Shown here piece after piece: positions 12,195-24,029 of a DNA stretch of 64,000 bases (position 1 is its first letter; each line of letters begins with the position of its first letter). Location of the stretch: the NCBI GenBank assembly GCA_030264375.1, contig JASCQW010000043.1:79534090-79598089 (forward strand), written 5' to 3'. Made by a program: the position numbers and the translations under genes. Below the pieces are notes generated by a model. The model saw only the letters and a program-made list of their open reading frames with translations, did no database searches and was not told the DNA's origin. The DNA is from Carcharhinus longimanus. Taxonomy: Eukaryota.

Positions 12195-13400
12195 TAAATC
12201 CTTGATTATTTGAAATTTCTCTAACCTACTAGGATTTTCTCCATGAATGTATTAATGTCCATGACCCCATCACAGATCCCTGCAGAACATCATCATCTGC
12301 CAGATTGGGAAACTCCCCTTTACTCCTACCCTGCTTTCTGTCTGTCAACACCTGTCAACCTATTTTGCTACCAGGCCCCTGATTCCACATGCCTTGATCT
12401 TTTCCAAAAATTCTGACATGATGGCCAGAATTCTCCAGTCTCGCACGCCCTGCTACCGCTAGCAGCAAGAACGGTAAGTTTGGTGCTCAACCAAATCTCC
12501 ATTTGCACCAGCGGGAATAGCCATGGACAAGGTCAGAGAATTCTTATTGAAGACCAACTGAAATTCCACATGTATCGTATCTACTACATTGCCCTTGTCT
12601 ACTCTTCCCACCACTTCTTGAAAGAATTCAATGTTCGTTAAATGTGACTTTCCTATTAAAATCCATGCCAATGACATTTTAATATATTCTCCATCTCTGG
12701 CTATTTTATTATGTGATCTTTTAGCGAAGATTCTGGTCTTATACCACTTGCATTAATAAGACTGAGCTATAGTTCCCCAAGTCAATTTTATCTCCCTTTT
12801 AAAAGAAGAAAGTACAATTCATCAAATTTATTCCATTTTTATTGAATGTTTATACATAGATATCCATGCCTCCAGCATCTCTGTGTTTGTATGTCCACGG
12901 ATGTGATCTGAATCTGGGATCTTGTCTTCCCTAACCCTGACTATTTTATTCAGTATACGTTTTTTTTCCTGCCCTGGCTGTTCTAATAACTCTCTTGGTT
13001 TCTTTTACTATTGTCATTTCATCATAGTTAGTGTCCTTAGTGAAAACTGAGGCAAAGTATCTTTTCAACATCTTTGCCATTTCAGGATAATTCTTTTGAG
13101 TTGATATTACTCGTCCCTTAGAGATTCTTTACTATCTTAGTTCTCCTTATCATTTATATTTCTCAGTATTATTTCTAAATTATTAAGGTGTCTGTTGAAT
13201 ATTTTATTATGTACTTTCATATTTTGTGATATATTTATTTCATATTTCCTCTTTGCCTTCCTAATTGGCTTTTACCCTTTTCCTGAGCTCAATGTTCCAT
13301 TTTGGCATCCTGTCCTTTATTGTTTATGAACTGTGCATTTTTGTTACAGTCAATTTTGTTGTCATCCCTTTATTTGTCCATGATATCTTATTTTTGGCTT
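12195..13400 (-). mobile_element. Degenerate CR1 ORF2 (RT region)
   Basis: ORF 12459..12677 GKSHLTNIEFFQEVVGRVDKGNVVDTIHVEFQLVFNK resembles CR1 RT motif KSCLTNL...VDVIYLDFQKAFDK. Confidence 0.75.
12423..12545. mobile_element. About 125-bp MITE
   Basis: agaattctc...gagaattct ends; internal caaatctccatt motif shared with 14533, 21301 and 51588 copies. Confidence 0.6.
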
Positions 13401-14532
13401 TTTTTTTTAGTCAAATTTATTTCTCATGAACCTATCGACTCAACGTGAAAAAGCTGCTTTCATTGGAATGTTAATCAGCCCTTGTAACAACAATGTAAAG
13501 ACTTTTAAAATATATCAATGCTTCCTTTACATGTTTTAATGGCAGCAGTAAAAATTAAAAAGACAGTCTTAACTTAAGACAAATAGAGACAATCGTTGTA
13601 CAACAAAGAATAAAATTGCAACAAAGTCATCAGTAGAGTAATTGAAGAATTGTGACATGTCCCAAATAATTATAGTGATGCAAATAGACTAATTTAAATC
13701 ATCTAAAAATGAGCCAGCACAGAACCATTGGAAAGAACTTATGCAATATATTATACGCAAAGTATTAGGATGATTTTGAATTAAGTTTTATTGTGGTATT
13801 GAACATTCAATTGCACCTAGTAAGGAATTGTGTCAAATTGTCTCTTATTTCACTGTTTTATTTCTGACATTCAATCTAACTGGCCTCTTGGGGCTTTTTC
13901 ACCTTTTAAGAGTGGTTTTCCATGGCAGGCAAAGAATTCATGGAACTGTTAGAGCCTTGTGTTTCTGTAGAAATGGTTTGGTATCACAGATATGAACAAG
14001 TATGATTTATAGTATGTCTTGCCTGAAATAATAATTCTATCACCAATAAACACAATCCTCAACCGAATTATTTGCAGATCAAATAAATCCTTTCTTCATA
14101 TCAGTAAAGATATTTTTAACCAAGCAGGACCAAGAATGTATGTTTTAAAGATGTCCTCCAACAGTTTAACATACCCAGCTTGTTTCAGTAGCTCGTGCTT
14201 CATGGCACGATCTGACTGCTTCCTGTTTTTCAAGTCACAGGGGAACAGAAGCTCATTTTAATTAATACTCTTCACTTCACAACCAGATCAAGTAAAAGGA
14301 CCATAGAAAAGTAATTATCATGCTGCCCTAAGGCTCTTGACCCCTTTGTGTCAATTCAGGATCTCGCCAAAGTGACAATTAGATCCAACTTTTCAATAAA
14401 ATTTAATAGTATTATCACAGTTCGGGCAAAGGATTCTCTCCCATTTTCTCTCAGTCCCACACAATTTTTTTTGTGATGTACTGGTTAACTATAAAAGGGT
14501 GGAGGGATTAGAATGCATTCCCTCCAATAGAT

Positions 14533-14660
14533 TAGAATTCTCTGACTGTTCACATCCCGCTGCCAGTGAGGATTGAGAATTCAGTATTCAGCCAAATTTC
14601 CGTTCAGGGCACCGGGACAGGAGGATCCCATTGGTGTGAAAGGCTGGAGAATCCCACCCA
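14533..14660. mobile_element. About 130-bp MITE
   Basis: gaattctc...ggagaatcccaccc; homologous to 51588-51725. Confidence 0.6.
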
Positions 14661-14799
14661 CACACTTTACTTAATCACTGATTCTCTAATTATATAGTGT
14701 ACAACCACAAAGCAAATGAAAAAGAAAAATATATTAAATGTTAAAATAAATAACCTTTGACACTGTCTCCTGGCTTCTCTGATACTGTAAGCACAGAGA

Positions 14800-15141
14800 C
14801 CATAGAATCCCTACAATGCAGTAAGAGCACATTGAGTTTGCACCAACTCTCCGAAAGAATATCTTACCCAGGTCTATCCCTCTGCCCTATCCCTGTAATC
14901 CTCTGCATTTAACAATTTGCTTAAACTAAACATCTTTGGACACTAAAGGGCAATTTAGCATGACCAATCCGCCTAACCTACACACCTTTGGAGTCTGGGA
15001 GGAAACCTGAACACCCAGAGGAACCCCACACAGACATGGGGAAAATGTGCAAACTTCTCAAAGACAGTCACTCAAGGCCAGAATTGAACCCTGGCCCCTG
15101 GCACTATGATGCAGCAGTGCTAAGCACCGTGCCACCATGCC
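14800..15141 (-). mobile_element. HE1-like V-SINE
   Basis: Full reverse copy from catagaatccctaca to gcaccgtgccaccatgcc. Confidence 0.9.
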
Positions 15142-15662
15142 AGAGACCTGCTCCTCTGATGTTCTGATGACTGGTATTCAGGTGATTGGTAAACTTAGGG
15201 CTGAATTGGAGCACTGACCACAAAAGCCCATTGCTTGTTATTTCTTCAGTGGACAATAGGAGTTCAAGAGGTCATGCATGAACCCCATTAAAGGTTTGCT
15301 CCCCATTCATACTGCTGATTTCACCTGAAACATTAATTCATCATATAAACTTCAATAAATTGAACATATTTCCAAAGTGACTTCCTGGATTTCAGAAATT
15401 AAGTTCATAAAGCTTTTTATTGCCTGACTGTGCAAGTGATGGGAAAACCATATTTTTAAACCCTCTGTTTTAGCTTTCTTGCCATTTTGGGAGTGTTTTC
15501 TTTCATTTAGAATTGCTGTGGCTTGAGGGAATTAACCTGTGAATGGAAATAGGATGGGAGTGTGGGATGGGGGGGATGATACATCACTGGAGTTTAAGGT
15601 TAATAAGTCGATTGAGTACGCCGTAAATGTCACTGGGAGAAGCATGGATGTCGAAAGGAAGT

Positions 15663-16230
15663 AGGGCTGGGTTTTATGGGGCATCGTATTCCCTCACCTC
15701 CTGACCAAAAGATCAGTCGAAAATCTCTCCATCCACACCCAGCTTCCTCACAGCAATATAAGCCAGCAGCAACATTCATTGGTTCAGAGTGGGACTTCTG
15801 CCTTCATCTGGGAGGAAGTCCCACCCTGAGGACTGCAGACCAATCTGATTGGTGGACAACTCAGCAGTCCCAGCGGCGTCAGGTGGCTATTGCTAGGAAT
15901 GCAGGTATTCCTTCAGGAAGAAGACCAATGGAGCCTGGGAATTTGGGTGGGCCTGGCTGGCATGGACCAGAAATGTGGGGATGAGTGAGGTGGGGTGTTG
16001 GGCTTGGGAGGCCAGTGAGGACGGTTAAAGTGAGGTACGATCTTGTGGGGTTGCCTCCAATAGGAATAGTGGGACTCTTTCCCATCCCACCCCACCCCCC
16101 CCTTCTACCCCCACGTCCCTGGACTCCAACTTAGCTACCTCTCCTTCTTGGCTGACAACAGCTTGAAGCAAACAGTGACAGGCTTTGCATCATTTTCAGC
16201 TACTGCAGTTAAAATATCAGCAGAAAAAAA
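15663..16230. mobile_element. Harbinger-like non-autonomous element
   Basis: gggctgggttttat start, internal inverted gtgggacttc/gaagtcccac, GC-rich non-coding body. Confidence 0.45.
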
Positions 16231-16643
16231 ACTGAAGCCTCAATACGAGGTGTTGAATGAAAGACCAGACGGTTAGTAAACATTCTCCAGGTGGAGTTCC
16301 ACAGGGGAGAGGTCTTCATTTACCCTCCCTCCGTCAGTATTGAGCTGATGACGTGTTGAAACAAAACTGCTGGCAATTACTCTATTTACATGAATGTGTG
16401 AGAGCAATTTGTTTACCATGATCGTGCAATCCTGAGATTTGCTATACTGGTATCTTATGATCCAAAGTTTTGTGATTAAAAAGAGAGGTTTTAATAGAAT
16501 AGCAGGTAGTGATAGTATGAAGCAAAGAAACAAAGATATTCACCGGGAATTATTCACTTGTTAGCATAGAATATGGAATCTGGTGATCTGTGGATTGTTG
16601 CAACTGAAATATTTAAATCAGGGCAATGTACTTTCCCCTTGTT

Positions 16644-16728
16644 GCACGGTGGCACAATAATTAGCACTGCTGCTTCACAACGCCCGGGACCTGGGTTCAA
16701 TTCCCGGCTTGGGTCACTATCTGTGGGG
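16644..16728 (+). mobile_element. V-SINE head fragment
   Basis: gcacggtggcacaataattagcactgctgcttcacaacgcccgggacctgggttcaattcccggcttggg. Confidence 0.8.
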
Positions 16729-16829
16729 TGAGGGTTCCATAAAATCCAGCCCATAAATTCAGTTCTGTGCCTTGGTACCATGCAATGTTTTATAATGTTT
16801 CTATGAAGCACCTTAGATTCACTATATCA

Positions 16830-16990
16830 GAAAGTTAAATAGCTTCTCAAGAAGAAGGCAAGGGCTATTGTGGGGAGTGGTGGAAAGGAAAGTGGATCTA
16901 AGGCCCCACCAGATCTGCCATGATTTGACTGAATGGCAGAACAGGCCTGAAGGGCCAAATGGCCTTTTCCTGCTCCTAATTTGTATGTTC
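16830..16990 (+). mobile_element. CR1 LINE tail
   Basis: gccatgatttgactgaatggcagaacaggcctgaagggccaaatggccttttcctgctccta. Confidence 0.75.
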
Positions 16991-17301
16991 ATTACAATAA
17001 AGGTGCTATATAAATAAATATAAGTTGTTGTGTAAGCATTGTGATAAATGGTCAAATTCTTTGATTGATCTTTTTTATGGGCGAGTATTTAATATGAAAA
17101 TGCTGGGCAATATGCCAACTCCACATGAGAACAAGGAAGCTTCCACTGTATTAAGCTGACAGCTGGATGAAAGGCAGTAGGTGAGAAGTGGAAATTATGG
17201 ATCACAGTGTTTCAGGCCCCTCTCAAGCTGCTGGCTTTAAACCTCAATATCTGTCTTCTCTTTATTGCCCTCTTTGTGTGAGTATTCTGTCACATTGCTT
17301 G

Positions 17302-17563
17302 TGTAATAACAAAGGATGCCCATTGTGGCTTAAAGTTATAAAGGGTTTATTACCAATGGTCAATAGATAATACAAACAAGGGCCTGACAGAACTGAATAC
17401 ACAATTACTCTCCCTCCTCCCTGGCTCTAACTGAGGCTCTTCCCTGACCCAGGACATTCACCCTTGCTTCCAATTTACTCAGCTTCCTGGTCTGCCTCTC
17501 CACAGGGTTCAGTCCAATCATGTGGCCCTCAAATTGCCCCCTTAAAGGGGCCATACTACTACA
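17302..17563 (-). repeat. 3' LTR of the Gypsy element
   Basis: tgtaataa...cttaaaggggccatactactaca; direct repeat of 23710-23970; adjacent to the PPT. Confidence 0.88.
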
Positions 17564-17678
17564 CTTCTGCCCCTCCTAACTCTAAGTTCACCTTGGGATG
17601 AATCACAAAGAACACCATTAATCATAGTCATGTAAGTTACTGCAAGACATCAGGAATATCCAAGGAAGAAACTAATCA

Positions 17679-18545
17679 CTAGTTCAGTCCGTCAAGAGAC
17701 TTCTGGACCCTGGTAGAATGTCTCAATTCTGTTTTACACTTTTTGGGAAATGATGTATCTGGGTGGACAATCGCAAAAGGTAAACTCATCAATCCAGGGT
17801 CGAGATCCTTCTCTATATCTGCTGTCTCCTCTGTTTCGGAATCTGCTGGATGTCCCGGCTCCACATTTACAACAGGGATCTCTGTATTAGCGACTGATGA
17901 ATCCAAATCCACTGCAGGCAGTGCCTGTTGCTCGCCTGTATCAGGCCTAACTCTCTTCCTCAAATGGTCTGCATGTTTTTTGACAGAACAACAATTGTAT
18001 CGCCACAATTTTCCAGCCACCAATGTTGGTCCTGCTGCAATTATTAACCAGAATTAAATCATCAATTTGGAAAACGCTGGGTGGAATTTTCCTCACCGCT
18101 ATAAATGCCATGCCATTGTCTGACGCTCTGGCCTCTCGGGCCCCACGAATGGCAAAAATCTGTCTCAACTTGTCAATGTGGCTACGTTCATTGCAGACTT
18201 CATCAGTTGGACATCCAACTATTTAGAAGGCGCATCAGCCAAGATGAAAATATGTGTCCTGTGAGTGTACCTGCAAAAACTGTCATTTTAACCACAGCAC
18301 ACCCAGCCATTCCCAAGGACACATATTCACCAGCGGTGGCAGTGCCTGTTGGGCTTCACAACTTGGGCAGTTGCTGACCACTTATTTGATTTCTTTATTG
18401 ATGCCCATCCACCAAACATAACTTTGGGCAAGTGTTTTCACTCTGCTTTGCCCTAGATACAGATCGTGCAATTCCTGTGATAAGAGTCTTCTCACTTGGG
18501 GTGACACTATAACACAAACCACAATCACATGTCGTTTTCACATGT
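17679..18545 (-). pseudogene. Gypsy integrase and C-terminal remnant
   Basis: KKHADHLRKR...LRHSTRVQKSLDGLN (typical LRRSxR..PxRL end); broken frames. Confidence 0.7.
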
Positions 18546-18546
18546 T

Positions 18547-19503
18547 GGGTGCAATGCTCTCAGCCGGTTGTGCTGCTCATATAGTGTAGCTGGCCAGGAG
18601 GGGGCTGTAGCTGAAGTCACCACCGGCATCCAGCCGATTGCGAGTCTCCCAGGCCACTTATTTGACCGTAATCAGCATCATGTCAGAAATCAGAGCCAGG
18701 CTATTTACAATATGGAAATGCCAACTTCCGTATCATTAGCGAACCCGGGATGATATTCTCTGGGTTCACTAATGTCTCACATCCTGCTAGGAGAGGTTCC
18801 CACCAGCTGGGATTAAAGCTGGTATTGATAAACAGGGACCAGGCGTCATCACCCCACTGGCAGGGGCAGAGGCCACTGATGTCCCCCAGAATATTGGGGG
18901 CAGGGGGTACCCCTTGAGAAGTGTCAGCCTGGCATCCTGGCACTGCCCATTGTATGCCCCAACATTGTCCACTGGGCACCAGGTAATGCCAAGAGGGGAT
19001 GGAGCATTTGATGGGGAGATTGGTGGGTGCTCATCTGCATTAGATTGGTGGGGGAAGGAAGGAGGACGGCAATTGGGGCTGCAGATGGGGGGGGGGCTAN
19101 NNNNNNNNNAGGGTGGTTGGCAATTGGGACTGGCCTGGGGCAGGGGTGGGATCGGGTGCCTGGCGATCAGTGTGGGAGGGGTCAGAGAAGTCAGTGATTA
19201 GGAGGTGATTAGGAAGCAACTGGGGGGCGAGCAATGAGGGTGGGCAGTATACATGCACCAATCTCCACACTGACAGATCGGCACATGCATAGTGGCTGCT
19301 CAGCATGCTGATGCCCACCTCTTGGGCAGGATTAAGACCCACTCCACACCCCTACCCTTTACCAGATTGATTTGTATTCAGGATCCTGTGATGCACAGAC
19401 TCCCGGAGATTCTTTCCAATTAGCCCACTCAAAAGACGGACAGGAAAATCTCCCATTTTCCCACTAGTTGGCTACTTAGTTTTCTTTTGGGAGAATCTCT
19501 CCC
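18547..19503. mobile_element. Non-autonomous Harbinger-type element nested in Gypsy pol
   Basis: Ends gggtgcaatgctctca / ttgggagaatctctccc; internal homology to 1093-2063. Confidence 0.65.
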
Positions 19504-19576
19504 GTTATCTCCATCCTTCACTGCTGTTAAGGTTTAAATTACTCTGACTTATCATATCACCATCCTTGCATCATCT

Positions 19577-19865
19577 CAGTGGTTAGCACTGCTGCCTCAC
19601 AGCACCGGGGACCTGGGTTCAATTCCTGGCTTAGGTCACTGTCTGTGTGGAGTCTGCGAGTTCTCCCTGTGTCTGCATGGGTTTCCTCCGGGTGCTCCGG
19701 TTTCATCCCACAGTCTGAAAGATGTGCTGGTTAGGTGTATTGGCCGTGGTAAATTCTCCCTTAGTGTACCTGAACAGACGCCAGAGTGTGGCGACTAGGG
19801 GATTTTCACAGTAACTTCATTGCACTGTTAACTTAAGCAAACTTGTGACACTAATGAATAAACTT
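19577..19865 (+). mobile_element. V-SINE subfamily B nested in Gypsy
   Basis: Head plus tail ggcgactaggggattttcacagtaacttcattgcac. Confidence 0.9.
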
Positions 19866-20099
19866 GAAATTTTAAACTTTTCTTAACTTTTGATAACACT
19901 GGGTCTCTTTTGGTTTAAGGTTTTATGTGTTTAGCTGAGAGAAGTAAAGTCTGTATCAGGGTAGCGCTGACTACAGTGGAACTGGTGGTAAAGGTGCTGC
20001 CTGCAGTAAAGGCAAATGTCTGAGTGCATCCATCTTTGGTATTTATGTCCCTGAGCAATGCTGGAACGTATAACTGTGTGTTGTTAACAATACAGTCTA

Positions 20100-21700
20100 T
20101 CCCAGTAAGCTTGCAGAGGCAATTGGTGGCACAGATTTATCCTCTCAAAATAAACACAACAATGGTTTGTTATCTGATCCTACTGTGAAATGTCTTCCAT
20201 ACACATATTGATGAAACTTCTTCACCGCATAAATTACTGCCAAACTTCCCTTGTCTATCTGAGAATACTTTTCTTTCCACATTTGACAATGTTCTCGATG
20301 AAAGACAATTAGCCTTTCTGTTCTTTCAGGCATCCTGTGGGACAAAGCTGCTCCCACTCCATATGGTGATGCATCACAGGAAACTATCACTAGCTTGGTT
20401 GGATCAAAGTGCACCAGCAGTGTTGACAACCGTAAAGCCTGCTTTACTTTTGTAAATGCTTCTTTTTGTTCTTCGCCCCACCTCCAACCCTGGTACTTCT
20501 TCAAAGGCTGGTGAAGTGGAGCTAAGGTTGTAGACGCATTTTTTTAAGAATCTATCATAATTATTCACCATCCCTAGGAATGATTTTAACTTCACTACTT
20601 TTTTTGGATGTGGAGCTTGCTTAATGGTTTTAACTTTATCCTCCGAAGGATGTAAACCTTTAGTCTCTACCCTGAAACCCATGTATGTAACTTAATCCGC
20701 CTGGAAAGTGCATTTCTCTCATTTCAAATGGACACCTGCTACTTTAAATCTTCTCAAAATTTCCTGTAAGTTTGCTCTGTGTTCTTCAGGTGAGGCTCCT
20801 CTGTAATTGAAACAACATCTAGCTACACCACTAGTTTCTGGATGCCCTGTAATAAACTTTCCATTGTATGCTGGAAAATGGCATAGACTGATGAGCTTCC
20901 AAAAGGTAAACGTGTGTACTGGTATAATCTCTTGTGGGTGTTGATAGTAACTAATGCTGGGAATCTTTATCCAACTCCAGCTATTGGTAGGCATGATTAA
21001 GATCTATCTTTGTACATTTTAGGCCAAGGTTAATCTAGCGCAGATATCATCAATTCTAGAAATGGGGTATCTGTCCATCTGAGCTCCTCGATGCACAGTT
21101 GATTTATAATCCCCACAAATTCTTACAGTATGACCTGACTTGAGGGACTATGGGAGCAACCCATTCTGAGAATTGTGCAGATTTTATAATACTTAAAACT
21201 TCCAATCTCCCAAGCTCAACTTCAACCTTATGATGAAGGACATAGGGCATTGGGTCGGTCTGAAAAGATCTAGGAGTTGCATCAGAATTCAGATAAATTT
21301 GGGCTGGAGTCTGATCACCATTCATGCTGACGGGATTTTCCCATCTTGCTGTAATGAACAGGGATTTCAATAGCCACCAATTCCCAGACCTCGCTGCAGC
21401 AGGAATGTGACGTGAACGGTAATCCTAGCTCCTTTTGGAAAATCTCAAAATATTTACACAACAATTCCTGAAAACCTCCATCCCGTAGGTTTAGTGTTTC
21501 CAACCAATTTAATTGTATCTGCTATAGGCAATCTCAGCCCATTATGCAAGATCTGTGACCTTCAATTACCAGCATAGGTAGCTGTGCATTTGGTATTCGT
21601 AGGATACGGCAACCATTGCGGCCCCTAAGGTTTTCAGTGTCTCTCTTGTGTATGTAGACAATATAGTTTCTGACTCACTCAATCTCAATAGTCTGAAGCC
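20100..21700 (-). pseudogene. Gypsy pol remnant: protease end, RT and RNase H
   Basis: LVHFDPTKLVIVSCDASPYGVGAALSH, YSQIDKGSLAVIYAVKKFHQYVYGRHFTVGSDNKPL, LKSFLGMVNNYDRF, FSEWVAPIVP; multiple frameshifts. Confidence 0.9.
21301..21432. mobile_element. About 130-bp MITE inserted in Gypsy pol
   Basis: Reverse complement of 51588-51725; interrupts ...FQKELG / AQIYLNSDATPRSF. Confidence 0.75.
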
Positions 21701-21764
21701 TTTTTGAAGGTAACAAAATGACTGCTCCCCTATCACACTGGCTGTGGTTCCTATAATGCCATTT

Positions 21765-22272
21765 TAAGTGGTCTGGCCAGCATTTATTATGTGGAGATGC
21801 CGGCACTGGACTGGGGTAACACAGTAAGAAGTCTGACAACACCAGGTTTAAGTCCAACCGATTTACACTGTAAGAAGTCTGACAACACCAGGTTTAAGTC
21901 CAACCGAAATCAGTTGGCCTTAAACCTGGTGCTGTCAGACATCTTACAGCATTTATTGCCCATCTCGACTTGCCCTTGGGGGACAGTTGAAAGTCAACCA
22001 CATTGCTGTGGCTTTGGAATCACATGTAAGCTAGGCCATGTAAGAACTGCAGACTCCCTTCCCTAAAGGACAATAGTCAACCAGATAGGTTTTTCCGAGA
22101 ATCGACAATGGTTTCATAGTCATCAGTAGATTCTTAATTCGAGATATTTTTTAAATTGAATTCAGATTTCACCATCTGCCATGATGGGATTAGAACCTGG
22201 GTCCCTAGAATGTTAGCTGAGTTTCTGGATTAATCGTCTAGTGATAACACCACAAAAGCCATTGTCTCCCCA
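21765..22272 (-). mobile_element. SacSINE1/DeuSINE-like SINE with L2-type tail
   Basis: Minus strand: tRNA-like head, aaaacctatctggttgactattgtcctttagggaaggg, cacagcaatgtggttgact, tail gatgggcaataaatgctggcc. Confidence 0.75.
21789..21946. mobile_element. Penelope terminal fragment (tandem plus inverted) inserted in the SINE tail
   Basis: gtaagaagtctgacaacaccaggtttaagtccaaccg twice then inverted; flanked by 11-bp direct repeat cagcatttatt (21778-21788, 21947-21957). Confidence 0.75.
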
Positions 22273-22436
22273 CCATTTATCATCAAGGCTATCTCTTTGG
22301 GGCACTTACTTAGTTCAACCTGGTTTCTGATGAACAACTCAGCTGCCTTGTCTGCCTCCTCATCCAGTTGTTTTAAAGGAGTTAAGCTAACCATTGTGTT
22401 TTTTTTGCACATTCTGTCCTAACCGCTTCATTCTGC

Positions 22437-22688
22437 AGTAAGAAGTCTGACGACACCCGGTTTAAGTCCAACCAATTTATTTGATAGTAACTATCAAATT
22501 TGATAGTAACTATCAAATAAATCGGTTGGACTTAAACCTGGTGTTGTCAGANNNNNNNNNNNNNNNNNNNNNNNNNNNNNNNNNNNNNNNNNNNNNNNNN
22601 NNNNNNNNNNNNNNNNNNNNNNNNNNNNNNNNNNNNNNNNNNNNNNNNNNNTGTTTACTTCAGTCCAATGCTTTCATCTCCACATCAT
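22437..22688. mobile_element. Penelope terminal palindrome (spans a gap)
   Basis: Same terminal sequence as 28794 and 29660-29711, arranged as a near-perfect palindrome. Confidence 0.7.
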
Positions 22689-22699
22689 GCTTCATTCTG

Positions 22700-23195
22700 C
22701 ACCATGCTTGTAAATGATCCTTCCTATTATGTTTGTAACGGACATAATTTCTACATCAGCAAGCTTCTTGTGAGTGCTTTCCCCTGCATCAAAAACAAGC
22801 TCCCACCCTCACTGCTGTACTCCCTTTTTTCGGGTTCTGCTGCACCAGCACTTGGGCTGTTTCTCACAGCAGCTGCTTCTTGCCACAAACGGTTTATCGC
22901 ATTTGGCGCAGCTTGAAACTCATTTATGCCCTGCTCCGCACACTCAGCCGCCTGGGCCAACTCCATGTCTTTTCGCTAAAGAGATTTTGGCCTCAGCCAA
23001 TAACTTCTCCTGTATGATGAGACTATTTATATGACAGATCAAACTATTAGCATTTTCCCTAACCCTGGGCTCAGTGCTCTGCTAAATCTCTCAATCTGGC
23101 CACAAAGCCTGAGATTGCCTCCCTAGCTCCTGGACTGCTGAATGAAATTTATACCTCAACATAATGATTGAGGATTGGGGGTAAAATGATTGATG
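22700..23195 (-). pseudogene. Gypsy gag remnant
   Basis: Minus-strand IMLRYKFHSAVQE.., ARLRDLAEH.., KLLAEAK.., MELAQAAECAEQG resemble fish Gypsy gag. Confidence 0.7.
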
Positions 23196-23196
23196 A

Positions 23197-23620
23197 CCAA
23201 CTCAAGAAGAGCGTCTTCCTGCTGCCATCAGACTTTTGAATGGACCCACCTCATATTAAGCTGATCTTTCTCTACACCCTAGCTATGACTATAACATTAN
23301 NNNNNNNNNNNNNNNNNNNNNNNNNNNNNNNNNNNNNNNNNNNNNNNNNNNNNNNNNNNNNNNNNNNNNNNNNNNNNNNNNNNNNNNNNNNNNNNNNNNN
23401 NNNNNNNNNNNNNNNNNNNNNNNNNNNNNNNNNNNNNNNNNNNNNNNNNNNNNNNNNNNNNNNNNNNNNNNNNNNNNNNNNNNNNNNNNNNNNNNNNNNN
23501 NNNNNNNNNNNNNNNNNNNNNNNNNNNNNNNNNNNNNNNNNNNNNNNNNAATGGCGGGGCAGGCTCGAAGGGCTAGATGGCCTACTCCTGCTCCTATTTC
23601 TTATGTTCTTATGTTCTTAT
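23197..23620 (+). mobile_element. Rex1/Babar 3' fragment, gap, then CR1 tail
   Basis: cctgctgccatcagacttttgaatggacc (as 39180 and 52980 copies); after the gap, ggctcgaagggctagatggcctactcctgctcc plus (ttcttatg)n. Confidence 0.75.
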
Positions 23621-23709
23621 GTTTGTACCTTGCTTTCTCATAGTTTCGACACTCAACTCGCTTCCTCTTCTAACCCCGATGACGAACTCAAGTTTTTCCT
23701 TCTTGCCGG

Positions 23710-23970
23710 TGTAATAATTTTGAAGGCGACTCATTGTAGCTTAAAGTTCTAAAAGGTTTATTACCAATGATAGATAGATGTATGTAAACAAGGATCTGAC
23801 AGAACTAAATACATGATTACTCTCCACTCCTCCCAGGCTCCAATTGAGGTTCCTCCCTGACCCAGGATATGCGCTCTTGACTCAATTTGCTCGGCTTCCC
23901 ACGCTATCACTGTCTGGTCCGATCATTTGACCCTCAGGAATCACCTCCTTAAAGGGGCCACGCTACCACA
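23710..23970 (-). repeat. 5' LTR of the Gypsy element
   Basis: tgtaataa...cttaaaggggccacgctaccaca; diverged direct repeat of 17302-17563. Confidence 0.88.
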
Positions 23971-24029
23971 GATTGATGCAGCATGCAGTCGATAGTGATA
24001 ACTTTGGAGACTTTTCCCTATCAATTTAG

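Larger units (their letters stand above)
17302..23970 (-). mobile_element. Full-length decayed Gypsy/Ty3 LTR retrotransposon with nested insertions
   Basis: Two direct TG...CA LTRs, polypurine tract at 17564-17577, degenerate PBS next to the 5' LTR, gag-PR-RT-RH-IN order on the minus strand, possible 5-bp TSD gcttg/gattg. Confidence 0.9.

Noticed and set aside
13903-13964. Minus-strand 62-nt segment with good acceptor and donor
   Set aside because: Stop codons in all three frames; no support as a coding exon
21825-21910. Direct repeats with a short spacer that superficially resemble a CRISPR array
   Set aside because: Only two units, derived from Penelope termini, in a vertebrate genome with no cas genes
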